This document shows positions 1 to 12,031 of a stretch of 64,000 nucleotides of DNA, one piece after another (position 1 is the stretch's first letter; every line of letters starts with the position of its first letter). The stretch is from Macrostomum lignano (taxonomy: Eukaryota). The stretch is from contig NIVC01000882.1 of the NCBI GenBank assembly GCA_002269645.1, forward strand, positions 62,001 through 126,000, in the 5' to 3' direction. The notes below the pieces were generated by a model. It saw nothing but the letters and a program-made list of their open reading frames with translations, had not been told where the DNA came from and did not search any database. Both the position numbers and the translations under genes were made by a program.

Positions 1-480
1 TTAGGATGTTAGTTCTGGGATCGGGGATCTGGGATTTAGGATGTTGGTTCTAGGATCCGGGATCTGGGATTTAGGATGTTAGTTCTGGGATTCGGGATCT
101 GAGATTTAGGATGTTAGTTCTGGGATCGGGGATCTGGGATTTAGGATGTTAGTTCTGGGATCGGGGATCTGGGATTTAGAATGTTAGTTCTAGGATTCGG
201 GATCTGGGATTTAGGATGTTAGTTCTAGGATCCGGGATCTGGGATTTAGGATGTTAGTTCTTGGATTCGGGATCTGGGATTTAGGATGTTAGTTCTGGGA
301 TCGGGGATGTGGGATTTAGGATGTTAGTTCTGGGATCGGGGATCTGGGATTTAGGATGTTAGTTCTAGGATTCGGGATCTGGGATTTAGGATGTTAGTTC
401 TAGGATCCGGGATCTGGGATTTAGGATCTGGGAGTGTTCTGGGATCTTAGATCTGAGATTTAGGATCTGGGATCTAGGAT
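1..480. repeat. 35-bp tandem minisatellite (TTAGGATGTTAGTTCTGGGATCGGGGATCTGGGAT), truncated by window start
   Basis: Direct 35-nt periodicity over about 12 units, degenerating after about 420. Confidence 0.95.
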
Positions 481-604
481 CTAAGAATATGGGATTGAGG
501 ATTTAGAATACGGGATCGGGTATCTAAAATTTTGAATCTAAGATTCTGAAATCTGGTATATGGGATCTCTCATTGGACTAATGCCTGTCACACGCGCGTG
601 CCTG

Positions 605-3600
605 TCACACGCGGCCTTTCACACCGGAATGGCTCGCCAGCGGCACCCCGTTGGCGCCGTGCCTGACTGAGTCGGCGGACACTCCGTAGGCCCTCAGCTG
701 GTAGATGAAATAGTGCAAGGTGAGCATGTCCACCGGCCTGATGTAGTGGAAAGAGATGGCTGTGGAGCTGCAGCAGTCCAGGCCCTGAGTGAAATTTCAT
801 GGAGTCGGAGTTTGACTTTATTTTTAAATGGAAAATCTTTTAAACTTTTTAAGCCACTTTCTTAGAAATTAGCTGGACAGAGCGAAGCAAAAGCTCACCA
901 CTTTGATTGGATGGTAGTTGTACTTCCACAGCCAGAAATCCTTTGGCCAGTTCGCGTAGTCAATGTGGCTGGCAGCGTCGAAGGGGTGAAACCGCTCGCG
1001 TCCCTTCTCGTCTATCGAGTCCAGAATGCTCACGCCGACGTTCTCGAGGCAGTTGCCTGCGCAGAGGACATTGGATCAGTGAGACTGGGTAGTCTACGTG
1101 TGTTAGTATCTGTCTCTGGTCTGTCTCTGGTTTGTCTCTGATTTGTCTCTGGTCTGTCTCTGATTTGTCTCTGATCTGTCTCTGATCTGTCTCTGGTCTG
1201 TCTCTGATTTGTCTCTGATTTGTCTCTGATTTGTCTCTGATTTGTCTCTGGTCTGTCTCTGATTTGTCTCTGGTCTGTCTCTGGTCTGTCTCTAATTTGT
1301 CTCTGATTTGTCTCTGATCTGTCTCTGGTCTGTCTCTGATTTGTCTCTGATTTGTCTCTGATCTGTCTCTGGTTTGTCTCTGGTTTGTCTCTGGTTTGTC
1401 TCTGGTCTGTCTCTGGTCTGTCTCTGATTTGTCTCTGATTTGTCTCTGATCTGTCTCTGGTTTGTCTCTGGTTTGTCTCTGGTTTGTCTCTGGTCTGTCT
1501 CTGGTCTGTCTCTGATTTGTCTCTGATTTGTCTCTGATCTGTCTCTGGTTTGTCTCTGGTTTGTCTCTGGTTTGTCTCTGGTTTGTCTCTGGTCTGTCTC
1601 TGATCTGTCTCTGGTTTGTCTCTGGTTTGTCTCTGGTCTGTCTCTGATCTGTCTCTGATCTGTCTTTGATCTGTCTCTGATTTGTCTCTGATTTGTCTCT
1701 GATCTGTCTCTGATCTATCTCTGATCTGTTTCTGATCTGTCTCTGATCTGTCTCTGATCTGTCTCTGTTCTGTCTCTGATCTATCTCTGGTCTCTCTCTG
1801 ATTTGTCTCTGATCTGTCTCTGATTTGTCTCTGGTCTGTCTCTGGTCTGTCTCTGGTCTCTCTCTGATTTGTCTCTGATCTGTCTCTGATCTGTCTCTGA
1901 TTTGTCTCTGATCTGTCTCTGATTTGTCTCTGGTCTGTCTCTGATTTGTCTCTGGTCTGTCTCTGAATTGTCTTTGATCTGTCTCTGATCTGTCTCTGGT
2001 CCGTCTCTGATCTGTCTCTGATCTGTCTCTGATCTGTCTCTGATCTGTCTCTGAAATCCCTATAATAAATATACTATATGGTCTGTGCAGTCATTTACTA
2101 AAATATTTTCAAGCTGGGCCTGATGTCACCAGCTTCTTCTCCCTTCAGTTTCCCAGCCAATCTTTCCCCAACTCACCCATATTAACATCCTCGGCGCCTC
2201 CGTGCTTCCTACAAAAGTTATTTTCCTTTTTGAAGGCCTTCTCAACCAGAGCTTTGACGGCGGCTCTAGACAAGACGTAGCTGCCGCCTCCGGACATGTA
2301 GCCATTCTTGGTGTACGGCCGGAACCGCCGGCCCGCAAACACCGGCTCCGTGGCCTTCGTGTTGCGCAGAAAATATCGCAGGTTGTCCACTATGATATAA
2401 GAGTCATCGTCTGCTTTCAGAAAGAAGTCGTAATCGTTGAGGTAATGCTCGTAGATGTACATGAAGGCCGCCTGGGTCTTGTCCCAGAGTTTGTCGCGGT
2501 CTTCCACCAGTTTCATGGCTGCGGGTTATTCAATTTTAGAGTTTTTAATGCCCTCATTCAGGCTTTTATTGCGCTCTACACTGTGTCCTTTATTGTGTTT
2601 TCATCGTTGTGTCTTTTCTTGTCTCTCATTGTCTTTCATTGTCTTTAATTGTGTCCTTCATTGTCTTTAATTGTGTCTTTAATTGTGTCCTTCATTAGCT
2701 TTCATTGTGTCTTTAATTATGTCCTTCATTGTCTTTAATTATGTCTTTCATTGTGTCTTTGTTGTGTATTTAATTGCCTTTCATTGTCTTTTATTGTTTC
2801 CTTCATTGTCTTTAACTGTCTTTAATTGTGTCCTTCATTAGCTTTCATTGTGTCTTTAATTATGTCCTTCATTGTTTTTAATGGTGTCTTTAATTGTGTC
2901 CTTCATTGTCTTTAATTGTGTCCTTCATTAGCTTTAATTGTGTCTTTAGTTGTGTATTTAATTGCCTTTCATTGTTTTTCATGGTGTCTTGATTTGTACC
3001 TTTGATTGCATCTTTTGTCCTTCTTTTGTGTCTTTATATTTTCTTTCATTGTGTCTCCGGTCGTGTCTGTAACTGTGTCCTTTATTTTACCTTTCATTGT
3101 GCCTTGTGCTGCTGCTGCCAAGCTGTTTGACACCTTAATAGGTAAACTACCGCTGTGGCATCATTTCCTTACAGGCAGAGATTGCTGCTTGCCCATGGTC
3201 TCCCATGGCAACTTAATACGAAGTGGTTCTCTATGATGGGATTCTGGCAAAGTGGGTGTACTCTATCCTGAGTAGTGGGATTCTTCTTGCCCAACTCCTT
3301 GTTTGCCAAGGAAGGGTGAAACAATGGCTTTGAATTAGCACCTGCTCCCGCTGTGAATGCTTGATTTATTCAGGAAGTACTTCAACCCTTTAAAGCCTGG
3401 GAATTGTAAAAAGATCTGTGGGTTTAGATAAGGTCTCTTTTTTGAATGGCAGCGTCTGATAATGTTATTGTATAGTTTTCTATCGGTAGTGCAGCTGTCA
3501 ATCCGTCGAAAATGTGCTTCGTAATCCTCAATGCAGGTGGCACTCTGTAGCAGGTGTGGCACCGGGTTACACAGGTATCACTCTCAATGACAGGTATGGC

Positions 3601-5051
3601 ATCCAGTTACACAGGTATCACTCTCAATGACAGGTATAGCATCCAGTTACACAGGTATCACTCTCAATGACAGGTGAGGTATGGCATCCAGTTACACAGG
3701 TATCACTCTCAATGACAGGTATGGCATCCAGTTACACAGGTATCACTCTCAATGACAGGTATGGCATCCAGTTACACAGGTATCACTCTCAATGACAGGT
3801 GAGGTATGGCATCCAGTTACACAGGTGTCACTCTCAATGACAGGTATGGCATCCAGTTACACAGGTATCACTCTCAATGACAGGTATAGCATCCAGTTAC
3901 ACAGGTATTACTCTCAATGACAGGTATGGCTCCCAGTTACACAGGTATTACTCTCAATGACAGGTATGGCATCCAGTTACACAGGTATCACTCTCAATGA
4001 CAGGTGAGGTATGGCATCCAGTTACACAGGTGTCACTCTCAATGACAGGTATGGCATCCAGTTACACAGGTATCACTCTCAATGACAGGTATAGCATCCA
4101 GTTACACAGGTATTACTCTCAATGACAGGTATGGCTCCCAGTTACACAGGTATCACTCTCAATGACAGGTATGGCATCCAGTTACACAGGTATTACTCTC
4201 AATGACAGGTATGGCATCCAGTTACACAGGTATTACATGTACTCTCAATGACAGGTATGGCTCCCAGTTACACAGGTATCACTCTCAATGACAGGTATAG
4301 CATCCAGTTACACATGTATCACTCTCAATGACAGGTGAGGTATGGCATCCAGTTACACAGGTATTACTCTCAATGACAGGTATGGCATCCAGTTACACAG
4401 GTATCACTCTCAATGACAGGTGAGGTATGGCATCCAGTTACACAGGTGTCACTCTCAATGACAGGTATGGCATCCAGTTACACAGGTATCACTCTCAATG
4501 ACAGGTATAGCATCCAGTTACACAGGTATTACTCTCAATGACAGGTATGGCTCCCAGTTACACAGGTATTACTCTCAATGACAGGTATGGCTCCCAGTTA
4601 CACAGGTATCACTCTCAATGACAGGTATGGCATCCAGTTACACAGGTATCACTCTCAATGGCAGGTATGGCGCCAACTCACACACTAGCGGCAGTCCGGT
4701 CGGCTTTGTGTTGCCAGTGTCAGACGAGAAGAAAAAATATCCATCACACCGGGGCGCCCAGGTGGCGTTGACGGCCCTGGCTTTGCTGTTGTAGTTCTGC
4801 GGCTGAGTCATCACCCAGCACAGGATTCGAACTCGGGCGCCGTCTGAGTCTTTCTCTTCGTGCAGCAAATTTTCTGGATGCTGTTTCTTCTGCGAAGCAG
4901 AAGATTCTTCTCCAACAAAGTTCAAAGAAGTTGGCAATCGAATCGAAGATGAGTTTCTGGATGCCAGCAGAGTCAGCAGGGCAAACAGGAGCCCCGTCAT
5001 GGCCAGCACACAGAAGGCCAAGCAGATTCGTTTCAATCTCATTGGCCACAT
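605..5051 (-). CDS. C1GALT1: Glycoprotein-N-acetylgalactosamine 3-beta-galactosyltransferase 1 (core 1 T-synthase)-like. Exons 5051-4682, 2518-2177, 1056-899, 784-605; about 349 aa
   Basis: Type II N-terminal TM (RICLAFCVLAMTGLLFALL), RILCWVMT, FLKADDDSY (DxD), GYMSGGGSYVLS, AEDVNMG, GRERFHPF, CCSSTAISFHY. All introns are GT-AG, phases 1,1,0 are consistent and total length is 1050 nt. Start is taken at ATG 5051 because the ORF-track start 5129 is TTG. Confidence 0.92.
1108..2053. repeat. 11-bp tandem repeat (TGATCTGTCTC variants) in C1GALT1 intron
   Basis: Direct periodicity. Confidence 0.95.
2580..3060. repeat. Degenerate T-rich tandem repeat (TTCATTGTCTTTAATTGTGTCC-like) in C1GALT1 intron
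   Basis: Recurring TTCATTG/TTTAATTG/TGTC motifs. Confidence 0.75.
3565..4670. repeat. 40-bp minisatellite (ACACAGGTATCACTCTCAATGACAGGTATGGCATCCAGTT), some units +5 nt (GAGGT)
   Basis: Direct periodicity; abuts the donor of the first coding exon of C1GALT1. Confidence 0.95.
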
Positions 5052-5614
5052 TTTGCTAAGGTTTGATGGCGGCTGACTGCTTGTTACACTGGCTGCAATG
5101 CTTTGTTCAGGCAAGAGATAATGCTTCAATTACATTTATCAATGCAGCAGAAGGCTCAGAGATATTTTTCAGTCTCTATTGTTCCGATCTGCAGCTGCTT
5201 AAGTCTGAAAGCGTACAGACTCTGCTTTCAGCTTAAAAGCAGCCAATTGCAGAATGAGAGGGGGTTATAGTTTCTGGAATGTTGTGTACACTATAGCTAG
5301 CTCTGTCACTGTGGAGGTGGAATGCTACCGCAGATTTTAAGTAAAGTTTTGCTTTGCCTAAATATATATCTCTCTCTAACTCTCCTTCTCTCTTGTGCTC
5401 TCTGTTTCCCGCTTTTTTACACGCATTCAGTTCGGCTTTGTGGCGTACACTACGAGAATGAACGATCTGCTTGTAGCCAACCGTGGTCTCTGGCTTGGGG
5501 TAGCTGACTGGCTTAAATTAATGTGTCACCGTTTTTATCTGTCTCTTAGGCCTCGAGTAAGAATAACGATCGGCTTGAGGTCTCGTATGTAAAACAAGTA
5601 TGAGATTCACAGGT

Positions 5615-8600
5615 TAATTAATAGATTCACAGGTGTAAGATTCTGAAATAAATAGATTCTCAGATGAGAGATTCTCAAATGAATAGATTTGTAGGTGTGA
5701 TGTTGTCATATGAGAATGGATTCTCAGGTGTGAGATTCTCAAATGAATAGATTCTCAGGTGAGAGATTCTCAAATGAATAGATTCTCAGGTGAGAGATTC
5801 TCAAATGAATAGATTCTCAGGTGTGAGATTCTCAAATGAATAGATTCTCAGGTGTGAGATTCTCAAATGAAAAGATTCTCAGGTGTGAGATTCTCAAATG
5901 AATAGATTCTCATGTGTGAGATTCTCAAATGAATAGATTCTCAGGTGTAAGATTCTCAAATGAATAGATTCTCAGGTGTGAGATTCTCAAATGAATAGAT
6001 TCTCAGGTTTGAGATTCTCAAATGAATAGATTCTCAGGTGTGCGATTCTCAAATGAATAGATTCTCAGGTGTAAGATTCTCAAATGAATAGATTCTCAGG
6101 TGTGAGATTCTCAAATGAATAGATTCTCAGGTGTGAGATTCTCAAATGAATAGATTCTCATGTGTGAGATTCTCAAATGAATAGATTCTCAGGTGTAAGA
6201 TTCTCAAATGAATAGATTTTCATGTGTGAGATTCTCAAATGAATAGATTCTCAGGTGTGAGATTCTCAAATGAATAGATTCTCAGGTGTGAGATTCTGAA
6301 ATAAATAGATTCTCAGGTGTGAGATTCTCAAATGAATAGATTTGTAGGTGTGAGATTCTCAAATGAATAGATTCTCAGGTGTGAGATTCTCAAATGAATA
6401 GATTCTCAGGTGTGAGATTCTGAAATAAATAGATTCTTAGGTGTGAGATTCTCAAATGAATAGATTCTCATGTGTGAGATTCTCAAATGAATAGATTCTC
6501 ATGTGTGAGATTCTCAAATGAACAGATTCTCAGGTGTGAGATTCTCAAATGAATAGATTCTCAGGTGTGAGATTCTGAAATAAATAGATTCTCAGGTGTG
6601 AGATTCTCAAATGAATAGATTTGTAGGTGTGAGATTCTCAAATGAATAGATTCTCAGGTGTGAGATTCTCAAATGAATAGATTCTCATGTGTGAGATTCT
6701 CAAATGAATAGATTCTCAGGTGTAAGATTCTCAAATGAATAGATTTTCATGTGTGAGATTCTCAAATGAATAGATTCTCAGGTGTGAGATTCTCAAATGA
6801 ATAGATTCTCAGGTGTGAGATTCTGAAATAAATAGATTCTCAGGTGTGAGATTCTCAAATGAATAGATTTGTAGGTGTGAGATTCTCAAATGAATAGATT
6901 CTCAGGTGTGAGATTCTCAAATGAATAGATTCTCAGGTGTGAGATTCTGAAATAAATAGATTCTCAGGTGTGAGATTCTCAAATGAATAGATTCTCATGT
7001 GTGAGATTCTCAAATGAATAGATTCTCATGTGTGAGATTCTCAAATGAATAGATTCTCAGGTGTGAGATTCTCAAATGAATAGATTCTCAGGTGTGAGAT
7101 TCTGAAATAAATAGATTCTCAGGTGTGAGATTCTCAAATGAATAGATTTGTAGGTGTGAGATTCTCAAATGAATAGATTCTCAGGTGTGAGATTCTCAAA
7201 TGAATAGATTCTCAGGTGTGAGATTCTGAAATAAATAGATTCTCAGGTGTGAGATTCTCAAATGAATAGATTCTCAGGTGTGAGATTCTCAAATGAATAG
7301 ATTCTCATGTGTGAGATTCTCAAATGAATAGATTCTCATGTGTGAGATTCTCAAATGAATAGATTCTCAGGTGTGAGATTCTCAAATGAATAGATTCTCA
7401 GGTGTGAGATTCTGAAATAAATAGATTCTCAGGTGTGAGATTCTCAAATGAATAGATTTGTAGGTGTGAGATTCTCAAATGAATAGATTCTCAGGTGTGA
7501 GATTCTCAAATGAATAGATTCTCAGGTGTGAGATTCTGAAATAAATAGATTCTCAGGTGTGAGATTCTCGAATGAATAGATTCTCAGGTGTGAGATTCTC
7601 AAATGAATAGATTCTCATGTGTGAGATTCTCAAATGAATAGATTCTCAAGTGTGAGATTCTCAAATAAATAGATTCTCATGTGTGAGATTCTCAAATAAA
7701 TAGATTCTCATGTGTGAGATTCTCAAATGAATAGATTCTCAAGTGTGAGATTCTCAAATAAATAGATTCGCAGGTGTGAGATTCTCAAATGAATAGATTC
7801 TCAGGTGTGAGATTCTCGAATGAATAGATTCTCAGGTGTGAGATTCTCAAATGAATAGATTCTCATGTGTGAGATTCTCAAATAAATAGATTCTCATGTG
7901 TGAGATTCTCAAATGAATAGATTCTCAAGTGTGAGATTCTCAAATAAATAGATTCTCAGGTGTGAGATTCTCAAATAAATAGATTCTCATGTGTGAGATT
8001 CTCAAATGAATAGATTCTCAGGTGTGAGATTCTCGAATGAATAGATTCTCAGGTGTGAGATTCTCAAATTAATAGATTCTCATGTGTGAGATTCTCAAAT
8101 GAATAGATTCTCAGGTGTGAGATTCTCAAATGAATAGATTCTCAGGTGTGAGATTCTCAAATGAATAGATTTGTAGGTGTGAGATTCTCAAATGAATAGA
8201 TTCTCAGGTGTGAGATTCTCAAATGAATAGATTCTCAGGTGTGAGATTCTCAAATGAATAGATTCTCAGGTGAGAGATTCTCAAATGAATAGATTCTTAG
8301 GTGTGAGATTCTCAAATGAATAGATTCTCAGGTGTGAGATTCTCAAATGAATAGATTCTCAGGTGTGAGATTCTCAAATGAATAGATTCTCATGTGTGAG
8401 ATTCTCTAATGAATAGATTCTCATGTGTGAGATTCTCAAATGAATAGATTCTCAGGTGTGAGATTCTCAAATGAATAGATTCACAGGTGTAAGATTCTGA
8501 AATAAATAGATTCTCAGGTGTGAGATTCTCAAATGAATAGATTCACAGGTGTAAGATTCTGAAATAAATAGATTCACAGGTTTAAGATTCTGAAATAAAT

Positions 8601-9456
8601 AGATTCTCAGGTGTGAGATTCTCAAATGAATAGATTTGTAGGTGTGATGTTGTCATATGAGAATGGATTCTTAGGTGTGAGATTCTCAAATGAATAGATT
8701 CTCAAGTGTGAGATTCTCAAATGAATAGATTCTCAGGTGTGAGATTCTCAAATGAATAGATTCTCAGGTGTGAGATTCTCAAATGAATAGATTCTCAGGT
8801 GTGAGATTCTCAAATGAATAGATTTGTAGGTGTGAGATTCTCAAATGAATAGATTCTCAGGTGTGAGATTCTCAAATGAATAGATTCTCAGGTGTGAGAT
8901 TCTCAAATGAATAGATTCTCAGGTGAGAGATTCTCAAATGAATAGATTCTTAGGTGTGAGATTCTCAAATGAATAGATTCTCAGGTGTGAGATTCTCAAA
9001 TGAATAGATTCTCAGGTGTGAGATTCTCAAATGAATAGATTCTCATGTGTGAGATTCTCTAATGAATAGATTCTCATGTGTGAGATTCTCAAATGAATAG
9101 ATTCTCAGGTGTGAGATTCTCAAATGAATAGATTCACAGGTGTAAGATTCTGAAATAAATAGATTCTCAGGTGTGAGATTCTCAAATGAATAGATTCACA
9201 GGTGTAAGATTCTGAAATAAATAGATTCACAGGTTTAAGATTCTGAAATAAATAGATTCTCAGGTGTGAGATTCTCAAATGAATAGATTTGTAGGTGTGA
9301 TGTTGTCATATGAGAATGGATTCTTAGGTGTGAGATTCTCAAATAAATAGATTCTCAGGTGTGAGATTCTCAAATGAATAGATTCTCAGGTGAGAGATTC
9401 TCAAATGAATAGATTCTCAGGTGTGAGATTCTCAAATGAATAGATTCTCAGGTGTG
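5615..9456. repeat. 31-bp satellite array (AGATTCTCAAATGAATAGATTCTCAGGTGTG), about 3.8 kb
   Basis: Direct periodicity; unit contains two AGATTCTCA subrepeats. Confidence 0.97.
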
Positions 9457-9994
9457 CAAACAGAATTAATATTGATAAAATTTTAAAGCAAATATTTACG
9501 GGTGCGAGTAACTCGGCACTCCTCCTTTTCTAGTTCTGCCGCAACAGAGACTGTCCGCTGCTGAGAGTTCCAGGCAGTTTACGGAGGCAATTTAAGCAAC
9601 TCCATGAGAATGGCTTATTTCGTCAATGCAAATATTGGCTAGCTAGCTTTAGCTGTTAAGCCCATCGTCTGCATTGGGCCAGTCATATTTAACCAGCGGG
9701 ACCCAAGCAGACCACTCTGGTGTACGTGGCTGTTTGCTAAAGCTGCCTTACCCGCTGCTGCAGAATGCACACCGACCTGTGTGGTAAGAAATTTGTTCGA
9801 CCGGCAATTTAGGATGGCTAAACAGAGGGATGAATGGATTCTCTTGAACACTCTTCTCTCCCTGACTGCCCGGTTCAGTCCGTGCAGCCGCTGAAGCTGC
9901 ACTTTGCGCTTGTAGGAAAGTTTTGCTGTTGAAGCAGAAACAGGAAGTGTGGTGAGTATTTCTGCTTCATAGTTTAATTCACAGTTGAATCTGA

Positions 9995-11160
9995 TTTAGC
10001 ATGGAATTCCATCTGGTTTGGGTTCCATTTAGCATGGAATTCAACTGAGTTGGGTTCCATTTAGCATGGAATTCAACTGAGTTGGGTTCCATTTAGCATG
10101 GAAATCATCTGATTTGGGTTCCATTTAGTATAGAAACCATCTGATTTGGGTTCCATTTAGTATGGAATTCATCTGATTTGGGTTCCATTTAGCATGGAAA
10201 TCATCTGATTTGGGTTCCATTTAGCATGGAAATCATCTGATTTTGGTTCCATTTAGCATGGAAACCACCTGACTTGGGTTCCATTTAGTATGGAATTCAT
10301 CTGATTTGGGTTCCATTTAGCATGGAAATCATCTGATTTTGGTTCCATTTAGCATGGAAACCACCTGACTTGGGTTCCATTTAGCATGGAATTCAACTGA
10401 TTTGGGTTCCATTTAGTATAGAAACCATCTGATTTGGGTTCCATTTAGTATAGAAACCATCTGATTTGGGTTCCATTTAGCATGGAAATCATCTGATTTG
10501 GGTTCCATTTAGCATGGAAATCATCTGATTTTGGTTCCATTTAGCATGGAAACCACCTGACTTGGGTTCCATTTAGCATGGAATTCAACTGATTTGGGTT
10601 CCATTTAGTATAGAAACCATCTGATTTGGGTTCCATTTAGCATGGAATTCAACTGATTTGGGTTCCATTTAGTATAGAAACCATCTGATTTGGGTTCCAT
10701 TTAGCATGGAATTCAACTGATTTGGGTTCCATTTAGTATAGAAACCATCTGATTTGGGTTCCATTTAGTATGGAATTCAACTGATTTGGGTTCCATTTAG
10801 CATGGAATTCAACTGATTTGGGTTCCATTTAGCATGGAATTCAACTGATTTGGGTTCCATTTAGTATGGAATTCAACTGATTTGGGTTCCATTTAGCATG
10901 GAATTCAACTGATTTGGGTTCCATTTAGCATGGAATTCAACTGAGTTGGGTTCCATTTAGCATGGAAACCATCTGATTTGGGTTCCATTTAGCATGGAAT
11001 TCAACTGAATTGGGTTCCATTTAGCATGGAAATCATCTGATTTGGGTTGCATTTAGCATGGAATTCAACTGAGTTGGGTTCCATTTAGTATGGAATTCAT
11101 CTGATTTGGGTTCCATTTAGCATGGAAATCATCTGATTTGGGTTCCATTTAGTATGGAAG
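9995..11160. repeat. 32-bp minisatellite (ATTTAGCATGGAATTCAACTGATTTGGGTTCC)
   Basis: Direct periodicity (CATGGAAT at 10801 and 10833). Confidence 0.95.
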
Positions 11161-11539
11161 CCATTTTAATTGTAAGGTGTAATGTCTTAGTTTTTCGTAT
11201 TTCAAGAATTTGAACGTCTGGCAATATCACCATGTCAAAGCTCATAAGCTGAAACGTTGAATTCTAAAAAAATTAACAAAATGAGTTTGAAATAAAAATA
11301 TTTTGAATTTAAGGTTGTAAGAGTCGATAAGGACACTGTACTGAGCATCTTGTACTTGTATTGCTACTAATTTTAAGTTCTTTTATGATGCAACATTTAT
11401 TTCTGACAATTCAACAGTCATCGAATGTGGGACAGAACAGACGGCTTTGATTTATGATTTTCTGCTCATCACTATTTTATCCATCTATTATTTAATTTAG
11501 CATGCCTAATTGGTCGCACGACGGTTTAATGATAATTAG

Positions 11540-11958
11540 GCTAATTAGTCAGGTGTGAGGGTACCGTAGCCTAATTAGTCAGGTGTGAGGGTACCGTAGC
11601 CTAATTAGTCAGGTGTGAGGATAGCGTAGCCTAATTAGTCAGGTGTGAGGGTACCGTAACCTAATTACTCAGGTATGAGGATACCGTAGCCTAATTAGTC
11701 AGGTGTGAGGATACCGTAGCCTAATTAGTCAGGTGTGAGGATAGCGTAGCCTAATTAGTCAGGTGTGAGGATACCGTAGCCTAATTAGTCAGGTGTGAGG
11801 ATACCGTAGCCTAATTAGTCAGGTGTGAGGATACCGTAGCCTAATTAGTCAGGTGTGAGGGTACCGTAGCCTAATTAGTCAGGTGTGAATGTACCGTAGC
11901 CTAATTGGTCAGGTGTGAATGTACCGTAGCCTAATTAGTCAGTTGTGAATGTACCGTA
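11540..11958. repeat. 30-bp minisatellite (CCTAATTAGTCAGGTGTGAGGATACCGTAG)
   Basis: Direct periodicity, about 14 units. Confidence 0.95.
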
Positions 11959-12031
11959 GTGGCTGCCTTGGCATAAACCGTAACCAATAAGGAACCACAC
12001 AATGCGCTGCTACAATCCATAAATCAATAAA

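Noticed and set aside
1-480. TTAGG-containing repeat as telomere
   Set aside because: TTAGG is embedded in a 35-bp unit rather than a pure (TTAGGG)n tract, and genes follow immediately.
3225-3562. Possible box C/D snoRNA (ATGATG...CTGA) and a 75-aa ORF in the C1GALT1 intron
   Set aside because: The C box is non-consensus, the span is too short and there is no terminal stem; the ORF has no recognisable family.
9500-9960. 87-aa minus ORF and a plus-strand GTGAGT donor-like site between two satellites
   Set aside because: No recognisable motif or partner exon; cannot support a gene.
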